A stretch of DNA of 64,000 bases from the NCBI RefSeq assembly GCF_006345805.1, contig NC_043003.1, positions 8,990,001 through 9,054,000 of the forward strand, in the 5' to 3' direction. Position numbers and translations under genes: made by a program. The notes beneath the pieces were generated by a model. It had not been told where the DNA came from. It made no database searches and worked only from the letters and a program-made list of their open reading frames with translations. The stretch is from Octopus sinensis (lineage: Eukaryota). Within the stretch, counting starts at the first letter, position 1. Every line of letters begins with the position of its first letter. Shown here piece after piece: positions 51,401-61,680 of the stretch.

Positions 51401-54400
51401 ACCTGGACATCCTTGTTACTCAGGTGCTTTATCATCATCATCATCATCATCGTTTAACGTCCGCTTTCCATGCTAGCATGGGTTGGACGGTTCAACTGGA
51501 GTCTGGGAAGCCCGAAGGCTGCACCAGACCAGTCAGATCTGGCAGTGTTTCTACAGCTGGATGCCCTTCCTAACGCCAACCACTCCGAGAGTGTAGTGGG
51601 TGATTTTATGTGCCACCGACACAGGTGCCAGACGAGGCTGGCGAACGGCCATGCTCGGATGGTGTTTTTTACGTGCTACTGGCACGGAGGCCAGTCAATG
51701 CGGTACTGGCTACGGCCACGTTCGGATGGTTTTCGTATGTGCCACCGGCACTGGTACCACAAAGCTACAAATTCCATTAATGTTTGTCGAGTTTGCTTTT
51801 GATTTTGTCCATTTTGTCCATTTTGTCCATTTATATATATATTCCTGATCATACACTCTCAGACATTACCAAACATTCATCTAAAAATTTGAATTTGCAA
51901 TTAAGGAATACGAAGAAGATTCATTCCTCTTTCTTCATATTTTAATCTCTTTATCTTATCTCCTCAGATCAGTTCATCCTTGTGTGATGTTTTGTGTGTG
52001 TGTGTGTGTGTGTGTGTGCTTGCTTACTGCTCTGTTTTAGTGTTTGTCTTCCTCCATGTCTGTTGTTTGTTTACCAATATCTTCGTTGATCTCCCTAAAT
52101 TTGAATTAAATTTTTGCCTAATTTTCTGACATCTTTTCAGTCTTGTTTTTTGATGATGACCTTTTCTTGTTGCTGTTGTTTTTTTGTTTGACAACTGCGA
52201 TCCTCATTCTTTCATTAATTCTTTCTTTCTTTCTTATCTTTCCATACTATTTTTACTCTCGTTCTTTCAACCACCACCACCACCACCACCACTACCACCA
52301 CATTAAAATCAACATCATCACCATCGACACCATCTCCCTCTCCCTGCCAATAAAACAAGGATATCCAACTCTACTGCCACTACCAAGCTGTGACAAAAGT
52401 TATAATCGCTGTCACTACCATCAACACCACAATCGTATTCACCCCACCCTCCACTATCACCACCATCACCTCCACCAGCAGTACTGCCACCATCACCACC
52501 ACCATCACTTCCATTATCACCATCACCACTACCACCATTACCACCATCACCACCACCATCACCATAATCGCCACCATCACCACCACCATCACTACCACCG
52601 CTACCACCACCTATTTCTTTACTACCCACAAGGGGCTAAACACAGAGAGGACAAACAAGGATAGACAAATGGATTAAGTCGATTATATCGAACCCAGTGC
52701 ATAACTGGTACTTATTTAATCGACCCCGAAAGGATGAAAGGCAAAGTCGACCTCGGCGGAATTTGAACTCAGAATGTAACGGCAGACGAAATACGGCTAC
52801 GCATTTCGCCCGGCGTGCTAACGCTTCTGTCAGCTCGCCGCCTTTACCACCTCTACCACCACCACCACCACCACCACCACCATCACCACCACCACCATCG
52901 CCACCAAAACCACCCCTCCCCCCACCATTACCATCATCATCAACAACATCACTGAACTACCATCACCATCACCCTTTTTTTACTGTTCCTTTTTTTTTCT
53001 AGGTCTTGGTATTGCCATGATATGTGTATCAAGTCTGGTGGCTGTCTACTACACAGTAATTATAGCCTGGACAATTCTGTATCTGTTCATGTCGTTTACA
53101 TCGGAACTTCCTTGGGAAACCTGTGGAGAAGAATGGAGAACACAATGTAAGTGGAAGGATCTTTTAATTATGTCTTTATATGATTTATATGTGAAGGCTC
53201 ATGGCTCAGTGATTAGAGAAGGGGTTGGTGAACAGGGGTAAAAATGAAATTCTTGAGGGTATGTGGATTCATTAGGCATGAGTGAAATTATATAAAACAC
53301 ATGCCTTTCATCCTTTCGTAGTCGATAAATAAAGTACCAGTTGAGTACTGGTGTCGATCTAATCAACTAGCCCCCTCCTCCAAAATTTCAGGCCCTGCAC
53401 CTAGAGTAGAAACGATTATTATTATTGAGTTAGAGAGCAGTGCATGCCATCAAAGTGACACTGGGGTAAAATATACAAAGCCCAGTATACCCATCATGAC
53501 TACCCGTCTGATAAGGGTACACTAGGCACATGCATCACAACCATATGTGTGCGACATGGTGAGCTCATATCACGATAAACAACACATGACCTTGCAGGTG
53601 GGGCTCAGTTAGAATTTTCTTCTCACCCATGTTTCCAGAGGTGAATTATTTGAATCCCAAAGAATTCCTCACAACACATGGCTATGATGTTCTCCCACTA
53701 CTTCCGCTCATGATCAGAGATGCACATATCATCGGCCAGAAAGGGACATGCTCAACTGGTTACTGTCAAGCAAATCTGTGGTATTGAGCAGAATATTTGC
53801 TGTAGCCCATCTTTTATACCAAGACAAAATAGTGTACATGGTAACACTTCCAATCAGTTAAGATCAGAAGCCACGAGAGCCACTGCCTGGTACAGTATCA
53901 GAGCCTTTATTATTATTATTATTATTATCATCATCATCATTATTATTGTTATTATTATTATTGTTGTATTTTTTGTTTTGCAGTTTGTTACTCTTTCAAA
54001 GAAGCAGACGCTTGTGCCCAAATAAACGGCAGTGTATATTATAATCAAACTTGCTTCAACGCGACGTATGCTGCATCAGAAAACATAGTAGAACTTGCCA
54101 AAAATTCATCAATACGACATGTTCCAGCTCAAGACTTTTTTGAGTAAGTTCATCAACCTTAGCTATTATAGGTTTGTTTGTTCCTTCTCGAGCCATGCCT
54201 GGCTCATAAGGGCTGGTTTCCCGGTTTCCTTGGCGTATAGGTTCCCCTTCTGGATAGGACGCCGCTCCGTCGCAGGTGAGCTGCAAGATGCAGGAGGAAA
54301 AAGTGAGAGAAATTCGTGGCGAAAGAGTCAGCAGAAGTTCGCCATTACCTTCTGCCGGAGCCGCGTGGAGCTTAGATGTTGCTAAGCTCTTGGCAAAATT

Positions 54401-57400
54401 TGATGTAGATTCTCTTCTCAACTCTCTCGGCTCAATGATTACATGCTACACACTTTCCTTCCAAGCACTGCTGTGAACAGCAGAAGTGAGCTACAACATT
54501 AAAATTTAGTGTGCATGCATGGTAGAGTTGAAAGTCTATCTGTGCCAAGTGACTTCACTCTGTATGATTTAGTTTCATTGCTATGGCAACAGTCCGGATA
54601 CTTATGGATCAGACCATGTATATACATACATATATATATCAAATAAGTACCAATTGAAAATTGGAGTTGATGTAATTGACTTACCTCCTCCCCAAAATTG
54701 CTGGCCTTGTGCCAAAATTTGAAACCATTACATATGGAGGGGCACATATTTGGGGTACCATCTTTTTTTTATTCCTTTATTTGTTTCTGTCATTGGACTG
54801 CAGCCATGCCTTGTGAGTGGATATGGTAGATGGAAACTGAAAGAAGCCTGTCGTATATATGTATATATATAAGTGTGTTGTCCCCCCCAACATCACTTGA
54901 CAACTGATGCTGGTGTGTTTACGTCCCCGTAACTTAGCGGTTCGGTAAAAGAGTCCGATAGAATAAGTACTAGGCTTACAAAGAAGTCCTGGGGTTGATT
55001 TGCTCAACTAAAGGCGGTGCTCCAGCATGACCGCAGTCAAATGACTGAAACAAGTAAAAGAGTATATGCGTGCGTGTGTGTGTGAACATAGAGTATGATG
55101 TTCACCGTTAATGTTCAACGTTGTTAATTGCAGGCGCCATGTCTTGAACATATCTTCTGGTATTGAACACTTGGGTGATATCAGGTGGCAGGTTGTCCTC
55201 TGTCTTCTTTGTGCATGGACTTTGACGTTTTTCTCTCTCAGCAAAGGAGTGAAATCAACAGGAAAAGTAAGTCACTCTCCATCTTTGCACTTTTCGATTT
55301 ATATATGCATCATTGCTGCTTTTTTTTATGTATTCCTTCCTTCCTCCCTCCCTCCCTCCCTCCCTCCCTTACTCCTCCCCCTCTCTTCCTTCCTTCCCTC
55401 CTTTCCTGCCTTCTTCCCTCCCTCCCTCCTCCTCCCCCTCCCCTTCCTTCCATCCTTCCATTCTCCCTCCCTCCCTCCCTTCCTCCCTCCTTCCCTTCTT
55501 CTCTTCGTTCCCCCTTCTTCCCTTCCTTCCTCCCTTCTTCCCCTCCTTCCTCCCTTCCTTTCTTCCTCCCTTCCTTCCTTCCTTCCTTCCTAAATCCCTC
55601 CCTCTCTCCCTTCCCCCCTTCCTTCCTTCCTTCCTTCCTTCCTTCCACCCACCCTCCTGCGGAGTTTCAGGCTTTGTACCTATTGTAGAAAGGAATACTT
55701 AGCCTGGTAATAACTGTCTTGAGAAACTGAGGAACTTTAAGCAAAAGAATTGGAAGAAATATAACAATCACTTTACTGATGACGATGACAATGATGACAA
55801 TAATATTCACAACAGAACTGATGATTATTTTGCAGTCTGTATTGAAAATAAGGAGCCAGTTAATGTTGAGATGATATGGAATACAGTGGAACCTTTAATT
55901 TGTCTCTGAAGGCTGTTCATCATCTGAAGTGCTTGTAAACCAAAACGATTTTTCCCATAAGAAATTCGAGAAATGGCACAACATATTCAAGCAGGGATGT
56001 ATACTGAGTGAAAACTTAAAGTCTACACCAACTGATGTTCCCTGGTGGTACTCCCAGCTTGTCGCCAACTGTTGTCTTCTTCTTCCAATCAGGACTCACG
56101 CCATTAGCCACAAAGAATATTCTCTAATTTGAGCCTACTCTAAGCTACTTAGAGTGCGTTTGGCAACTTGAAGATCCACCCACCACACGCGATAGACTGG
56201 CGGTTGCATGGGCGCAAAAGCTACGTTGTTATCCTCATTCCGTAAACGGTGGCTTTTAACGGGTGGAGAGCTGAACCATCCTGGGGTACAGAGGATTCGC
56301 AATCTAGACTAGGGTCTGAAAGTTTACCACACCATACTGGGTTACACCATGGTTCCTCTGCTTTGTGGCAGAAGTAGGAAGAACGAGTGAAAGTTGTGGT
56401 GAAAGAGTACAGCGGGGTTCACCACCCATCCCCGCTGGAGCCTTGTGGAGCTTTGGTGTTTTTGCTCAATAAACACTCACAATGCCAGGTCTGGGAATCG
56501 AAACCACGTTCTTATGACCATGAGTTCACTGCCCTAACCACTGGGCCATTGTGCCTCTGCCAACTGTTGTTGTCAGCTTGTATTTTTGTTATTCAAAACA
56601 CTGTTCATCACCTGAAATATTTTATGTTTGAGAAATTGTTCATAAACCATTTGTTCGTGATGAGAGATGTTTGTAAATCTAGACTCCACTGTATAAAGTT
56701 GTAAGCAAGTAAAAATAATTAAAATCATCTTTTAAAACTTCTTTTTACAGGTGGTGTACTTCACTGCACTATTCCCCTATGTTGTACTTTGTATCCTGTT
56801 TGTTCGAGGTGTGACGTTACCTGGTTCAATGAAAGGAATTATATTTTACGTCACTCCAGAGTTCCACTTATTAAAATCTGCTAAGGTATGTTGGATTTAA
56901 TTTCACTTCATAAGCAATATTTTCACAAATGTATATTCTTTGCACATAATGAATTTTTATTCAGTTAACCAACTCATTGCAACATCAGTGATTTGTCAGT
57001 CAGTATTTTAGTAGATTTTATCTTTTCATGCGGTTGCTAATGGATACTTGCTGCTGATGAAGACCAAAGAGGTAGAAATGCACATTTAGCTAAACCACCA
57101 CTGCGGCTGGATGACTTCTTCCTGCTGCTCATATGTTTTTGCATGTTTTTAACAGAGTGCATCTGCAAGAGATATTATCTCAGGACAAATACTGCAGTTA
57201 ATTTGGTTTTTCAGTTTCTATTGACCAAATCCACTCACAAGGCTTTGGTTGGCCTGAGGCCATAGTAGAAGACACTTGCCAATGGTGCCATGCAGTGGGA
57301 CTGAACCTGGAACCATGTGGTTGGGAAGCAAGCTTCTTACCACACAGCCACTCCTATATACATATATATATATATGTGTGTGGCCTGCTCGCTTAGCCAG

Positions 57401-58351
57401 CGGGGTGGCATCATTTGAAGGCTAAAACAATGCGAATGCATTGTGACCAGCGATGTGTAACAACATCTGATGGTCTGGTCGGTCACGTGATATATATATA
57501 TCACTCAAACGTATATACATACACATATATGATGATGACTATATATATATTTGAGAGCACAACGCAGATATATTGTCATAATTTCAGATCTTATTAACCT
57601 TTTAGCATTTAAAACGGTCATATCTGGCCCAAGTATTCTACTAATTATATGTTCGAACTGGCTAGATTCAGCATCTCATACCTACCCTGCAATGTCATTC
57701 TAAAAATAAAAAATCCAATCACATTTTCGAAATCTCTAAGCCATGAGATAATATGCATGATCACTTTTGTAAAATGTGAATGAATAAGCATTACATTTGA
57801 CAGAGAAGCTGAATGCTAAAGCTAATGTGTTGGGCCACAGAGCAAGGTACATAACTCTGTTTGCTCCAGATTTTCAAACTCAGTTTTAAATTATCTCCAC
57901 ATTTCTATTTCTACTTTATGGTTAGCAACAAGTGTCCTGCCATAAAAAAAAAACAAAAACAATTGGTCTGACAATAAATCATTCCATGAGCTGGCAGAAA
58001 TGCTTAGCGGTATTTCGTCTGCTGTTACAATATATATATATATATATATATTTCGTTTTTGGATTTGGTCTGCAAGATTCTTTATGTGAGTTCGTGTGTT
58101 GAAGCATATTCTGTTGTACCTGGGAAGACTCATTTTCTTTTTGTGCCTTATAATGTAACACTTATTTCTTTTTTTTTTTTTCCTAAAAAATTTTCATTGT
58201 GTCTTGCAACCTTTTCAAGACTATTGAAAAGGTTGCAAGACGCAATGAAAATTTTAGGAAAATAAAAATAAGAAATAAGTGGAAATTTTACTGGTGAGTG
58301 TGTTACATTATAAGGCACAAAAAGAAAATGACTCTCCTTAGACACAACAGA

Positions 58352-58411
<60 letters not shown>

Positions 58412-60849
58412 TATATATGTTGTATAACCCATGCCAGAATGGAAAACGGACATTAAAGGATGATGGTGATGATATACATGTATATCTGAAGAAGCTATAA
58501 GGTGATGCACTATATCTCATAGCAGAAACAGCTGTAGACCAATGCATTTCCCTACATAATTTCTTGTTACCTTGTCATTCATTTACTTTTATTTTACTCT
58601 CAGTTCTCAACTGATGCTTTTTTGTCTGAAGCATTCGTATATTGAGTTCTAACACCAGGTTGTTAGTTTTGCTATGCATGAATGAAACATTAAAATACTT
58701 ACCTGTCTTATCATTTATGCATTACAGGTGTGGAAAGAAGCAGCTGTGCAAATATTTTTCTCACTTAGTCCAGCCTGGGGCGGACTGATAACACTTGCCA
58801 GTTATAACAAGTTCCATAACAACTGTTATAAGTAAGTATATCACCTTGTTTCTTTATTTTTTACTTGTTTCAGTCATTTGACTGCGGCCATGCTGGAGCA
58901 CCGCCTTTAGTCAAGCAAATCGACCCCAGGACTTACTCTTTGTAAGCCTAGTACTTATTCTATCGGTCTCTTTTGTCGAACCACTAAGTTATGGGGACGT
59001 AAACACACCAGCATCAGTTATCAAGCGATTTTGGGGGGGACAAACCCAGACACACAAACATATACACACACATACATATATATGTATACATATATACGAT
59101 GGGCTTCTTTCAGTTTCCGTCTACCAAATCCACTCACAAGGCCTTGGTCGGCCCGAGGCTATAGTAGAAAACACTTGCCCAAGGTGCCACGCAGTGGGAC
59201 TGAACCCAGAACCATGTGGGTTGGTAAGCTGGCTACTTACCACACAGCCACACCTGTGCTTATCTTTTACCTGTTACGTGTTTCAATCTTTGGGCTGTGG
59301 CCATGCTGGGGCACTGTGTTGATGGGTTTAGTTGAACAAATTGATCCTGTGCCTATTTTTTAAAGTTTGGTCTTTAGCACTAATTCTGTTGTTCTCTTTG
59401 GTTGAACTGCTAAGTTAAGAGGATGTAAACAAACTGACATGAGAGATTTGAGCTCTGGCACTACATTCATGTGGTTTGACTATCACAGGAAAGAATTTCA
59501 AACATATTTCCAAGCTGAGCCAACTGGCAAGAGATACTCTGGTCAGGCTAAGGATGATATGGTGGGATAATATCAATACAGTAATTCCTCGACTATTGCG
59601 GGTGTACCCTTAACATAGTTCTCAGGGAGATTCAGCATGACACACAATGTGACAAGGCTGGCCCTTTGAAATACAAGTATAACAGGCTGTTCCGTTGATC
59701 GGTTCAACTGGAACCCTCGTCGTCGTAACCAACGGAGTGACAACTATGAATATGTGTGTATACATGTGTGAATGCATGGATGAATTAATGATAAAGGGTG
59801 TCATTTGTCCTCTTTCAGTGATCTGTGTGTGTGTGTCTGTGTGTTTGTGCATGTGTATGCATACTTCATAAACTTAGCAGATTTAATCTCTCTGTCAAAT
59901 TTTGAATTCAACAAATGTGTTTTTGTCTTTTCCTTTCCTTCAGAGATGCATTGATTGTATCAATTGGCAACATTTGTACCAGCATTTTCGCTGGTTTTGT
60001 TATATTCTCTATCATTGGTTACTTGGCAAATGAACTCAATATGCCGGTTGACAAAGTTGTTGATCAAGGTTAGTCTATCTTTATTTATTTCATGCTGTCT
60101 TTTCTACTGCTGTTTGTTATGATTTTTTTTGTCATAATTGTTATTGTGTGTGAAAGGTCAATCTGCTGCACCGTTAAGCATAAATTGAAGGTCAAGAGTT
60201 TATCAAAACAAAAATACCTACCTAATGTACTGAATTCAAGCACAGTATATGCTAGGAATAAGAATCATATGGGAATGGTTTACTGGGGTAATCCATGAAT
60301 AAAAGTTGGTGTAAATATTTTGAACATTGTAAACAAGTAGTTTACAAACTAACATAAGCCATGAGCAGCAATATATTGTTTAGTAAAGTGTTAAACACCT
60401 GTGGTATGCAAATTAATTGCTTCAGTTCTCTGTAGCTACAGGTTTTGTTGAGTAAAAAGCTCCCCTGATGGTGCCACATAAAAAGCACCCCTGATGGTGC
60501 ACCATAAAAGCACCTGTGCTAGAGTTATGTAAAAGCACCTGTGCTGGCGCCATGCTAAAAACACCCAGTACATTCTGGAAAGTCATTGGTGCTGTGAAAG
60601 ACATCCAGCTGTAGGAAACATCCCAAAGCAGACACTGGAGCATGGTGCAGTCCTTTGACTCATTTGATCCTTGTCAAACTGTCCAACTCATGCTAGCATG
60701 GAACATGGGTGTTAAACGATGATGATGATAATGATGTGTGTGTAATGTCACTCTCTCTACCCCTCTCTCCATTTATGTGAGTGATCATCTATTTATGTTT
60801 GTATGTGTAGTGGTTCTCTCTCTGTTTATGTGTATCTAGTTATGTTTGT

Positions 60850-60896
<47 letters not shown>

Positions 60897-61235
60897 GTGT
60901 GTATTTCTGCATCCACACATGCATGCATGTGTGGATGCATTTTCCCCCAGTGTCAAAAAATACTGTCACCAAAACAGGTGAAACATCCTCTCAGCCACAC
61001 CAAATCGTCAATGCCCAAGCAGGTGTGCCCATTCGCCTCACTTGACACGCACAGTGGCACACAATACAGGTACATCTTGAGCGACATTTTAATTTTATGC
61101 ATTCAACCTTCTATTTTGCCAGGTGCTGGTTTAGCATTCATTGTATACCCTGATGTTGTAACCAGGTTACCAATATCTCCATTATGGTCCTTCCTCTTCT
61201 TCTTCATGCTGTTGACTCTTGGAATGGGCAGTGAA
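48257..61235 (+). CDS. SLC6/NSS Na+(/Cl-)-coupled amino-acid transporter, glycine transporter (GlyT1/GlyT2)-like; partial spliced CDS of 9 exons, TM1-TM8, 5' and 3' exons missing
   Basis: Exons of 184+135+144+160+133+135+104+125+113 = 1233 nt join in frame without stops; all introns GT-AG with matching phases. Motifs: [86 protein letters not shown]. Gly at the TM1 monoamine-Asp position and Trp in TM6 point to the glycine-type subgroup; exact orthologue not assignable by eye. Confidence 0.95.
48787..49075 (+). mobile_element. SINE family E head with alternative 3' part
   Basis: A- and B-box-like head; 3' part GCTTAGCCAGCGGGGTGGC...CATCTGATG also seen at ~57380-57480. Confidence 0.8.
49408..49542 (+). 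CDS. SLC6 exon B (TM2): [45 protein letters not shown]
   Basis: gttttag|GG ... CATG|gtaagt; 135 nt, phase 1-1. Confidence 0.95.
49674..50600. mobile_element. Four-unit tandem array of a piggyBac-like MITE
   Basis: Anchor GAGATGCTC at 49702, 49926, 50150, 50401; TTAA-CCCTTT and AAAGGG-TTAA ends at 49674, 50350, 50373, 50600. Confidence 0.85.
50854..51218 (-). mobile_element. Retroposon family C
   Basis: Same architecture, three VNTR units. Confidence 0.88.
51431..51756 (-). mobile_element. Retroposon family C
   Basis: Same architecture. Confidence 0.88.
52270..52970. repeat. (CAC/CAT)n microsatellite interrupted by a family B SINE
   Basis: Seen directly. Confidence 0.9.
52611..52842 (-). 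mobile_element. SINE family B monomer within a (CAC/CAT)n tract, 160 nt upstream of exon C
   Basis: Matches family B consensus, reverse strand. Confidence 0.9.
53003..53146 (+). CDS. SLC6 exon C (TM3, start of EL2): [48 protein letters not shown]
   Basis: ttttctag|GT ... CAAT|gtaagt; 144 nt, phase 1-1. Confidence 0.95.
53984..54143 (+). CDS. SLC6 exon C2 (EL2): [54 protein letters not shown]
   Basis: Absent from the ORF track. ttttgttttgcag|TT ... TTTGA|gtaagt; 160 nt, phase 1-2, exactly bridging exons C and D; supplies the second conserved EL2 Cys. Confidence 0.92.
54808..55064 (+). mobile_element. SINE family A, 5'-truncated, ends 69 nt before SLC6 exon D
   Basis: GCCTTGTGAGTGGAT ... CAAGTAAAAGAGTA. 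Confidence 0.88.
55134..55266 (+). CDS. SLC6 exon D (end of EL2, TM4): [44 protein letters not shown]
   Basis: ttgcag|G ... AAA|gtaagt; 133 nt, phase 2-0. Confidence 0.95.
55333..55646. repeat. Polypyrimidine (CCTT/CCCT)n tract
   Basis: Almost purine-free on the plus strand. Confidence 0.95.
56751..56885 (+). CDS. SLC6 exon E (TM5): [45 protein letters not shown]
   Basis: ctttttacag|GTG ... AAG|gtatgt; 135 nt, phase 0-0. Confidence 0.96.
57050..57090 (+). ncRNA. Decayed hammerhead motif in SLC6 intron E-F
   Basis: GCTG-CTGATGA-A-GACC(AAAGA)GGTA-GAAA-TGCACAT-T-TAGC. Confidence 0.5.
57208..57356 (-). mobile_element. SINE family A, 5' half
   Basis: Reverse complement of head to GAAACTGAAA. 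Confidence 0.8.
57595..57825. mobile_element. Degenerate piggyBac-like MITE (26434 family)
   Basis: TTAACCTTTTAGCATTTAAA ... TGAATGCTAAAG; shared internal motifs CCTACCCT-CAATGTCATTCTAAA. Confidence 0.6.
58106..58355. repeat. Long fold-back inverted repeat (5-nt loop) in SLC6 intron E-F
   Basis: ...GTGTCTTGCAACCTTTTCAA-GACTA-TTGAAAAGGTTGCAAGACGC...; outer arms also match. A split copy of this family lies at ~46340-46590. Confidence 0.85.
58477..58547 (+). ncRNA. Hammerhead motif (intact core, weak stem I) in SLC6 intron E-F
   Basis: CTGAAGA-A-GCTATAAGG...CTCATAGC-A-GAAAC-AGCT-GT-A; perfect palindromic stem III ACAGCTGT; same family as 35648. Confidence 0.55.
58728..58831 (+). CDS. SLC6 exon F (TM6): [34 protein letters not shown]
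   Basis: attacag|GTG ... TATAA|gtaagt; 104 nt, phase 0-2. Confidence 0.96.
58851..59254 (-). mobile_element. SINE family A, full length, starts ~20 nt after SLC6 exon F
   Basis: Matches family consensus, reverse strand. Confidence 0.9.
59944..60068 (+). CDS. SLC6 exon G (TM7): [41 protein letters not shown]
   Basis: tttcctttccttcag|A ... CAAG|gttagt; 125 nt, phase 2-1. Confidence 0.95.
60450..60735 (+). mobile_element. Older family C relative with shorter repeat units
   Basis: Repeats of GGTGCCACATAAAAAGCACC and the same (ATG)n-type tail. Confidence 0.65.
61123..61235 (+). CDS. SLC6 exon H (EL4, TM8): [38 protein letters not shown]
   Basis: ttttgccag|GT ... GAA|gtaagt; 113 nt, phase 1-0. 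Confidence 0.95.
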
Positions 61236-61278
61236 GTAAGTTGCTTTGGCTTCTACTTTTTAACTATTTTATTTGAAA

Positions 61279-61662
61279 CTAGCAGTATCGCCCGGCGTTG
61301 CTCGGGTTTGTAAGGGAAATAACTATAAAGCATTTTTAGAGAGTTATAGCAAAAAAATGCATTAAAAATGGAAAAAAAATTATAGTAAATTTTTTTTAAA
61401 TAGTTGACTCATCGTAGACATTTTTAGAGAGTTACTTCCCTTATATAATAGCGAAAAATGCATTAAAATAGAAAAAAATGATGGTAAATATTTTTTTTAA
61501 TCGTAGACTCATCGTAGACACGCACTAATACCCAGAAGGGCTCGATATGAATCACGACTATAAGATACCCGGTTTTGGTTAAACTGCACCACAAAATGTG
61601 GGAGTAGTTAGGAATCTAAATCGTAGGAGACAGACACACAACCTTACTTTTATATATAAAGA
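61279..61662 (-). mobile_element. Non-autonomous Helitron-type element, same family as 26479-26875
   Basis: Reverse complement of the same termini (A|CTAG-CAGTATCGCCCGGCGTTGCTCGGG ... TTTTATATATAAAGA|T) and body. Confidence 0.8.
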
Positions 61663-61680
61663 TTATCTTGTAACAGTTCA

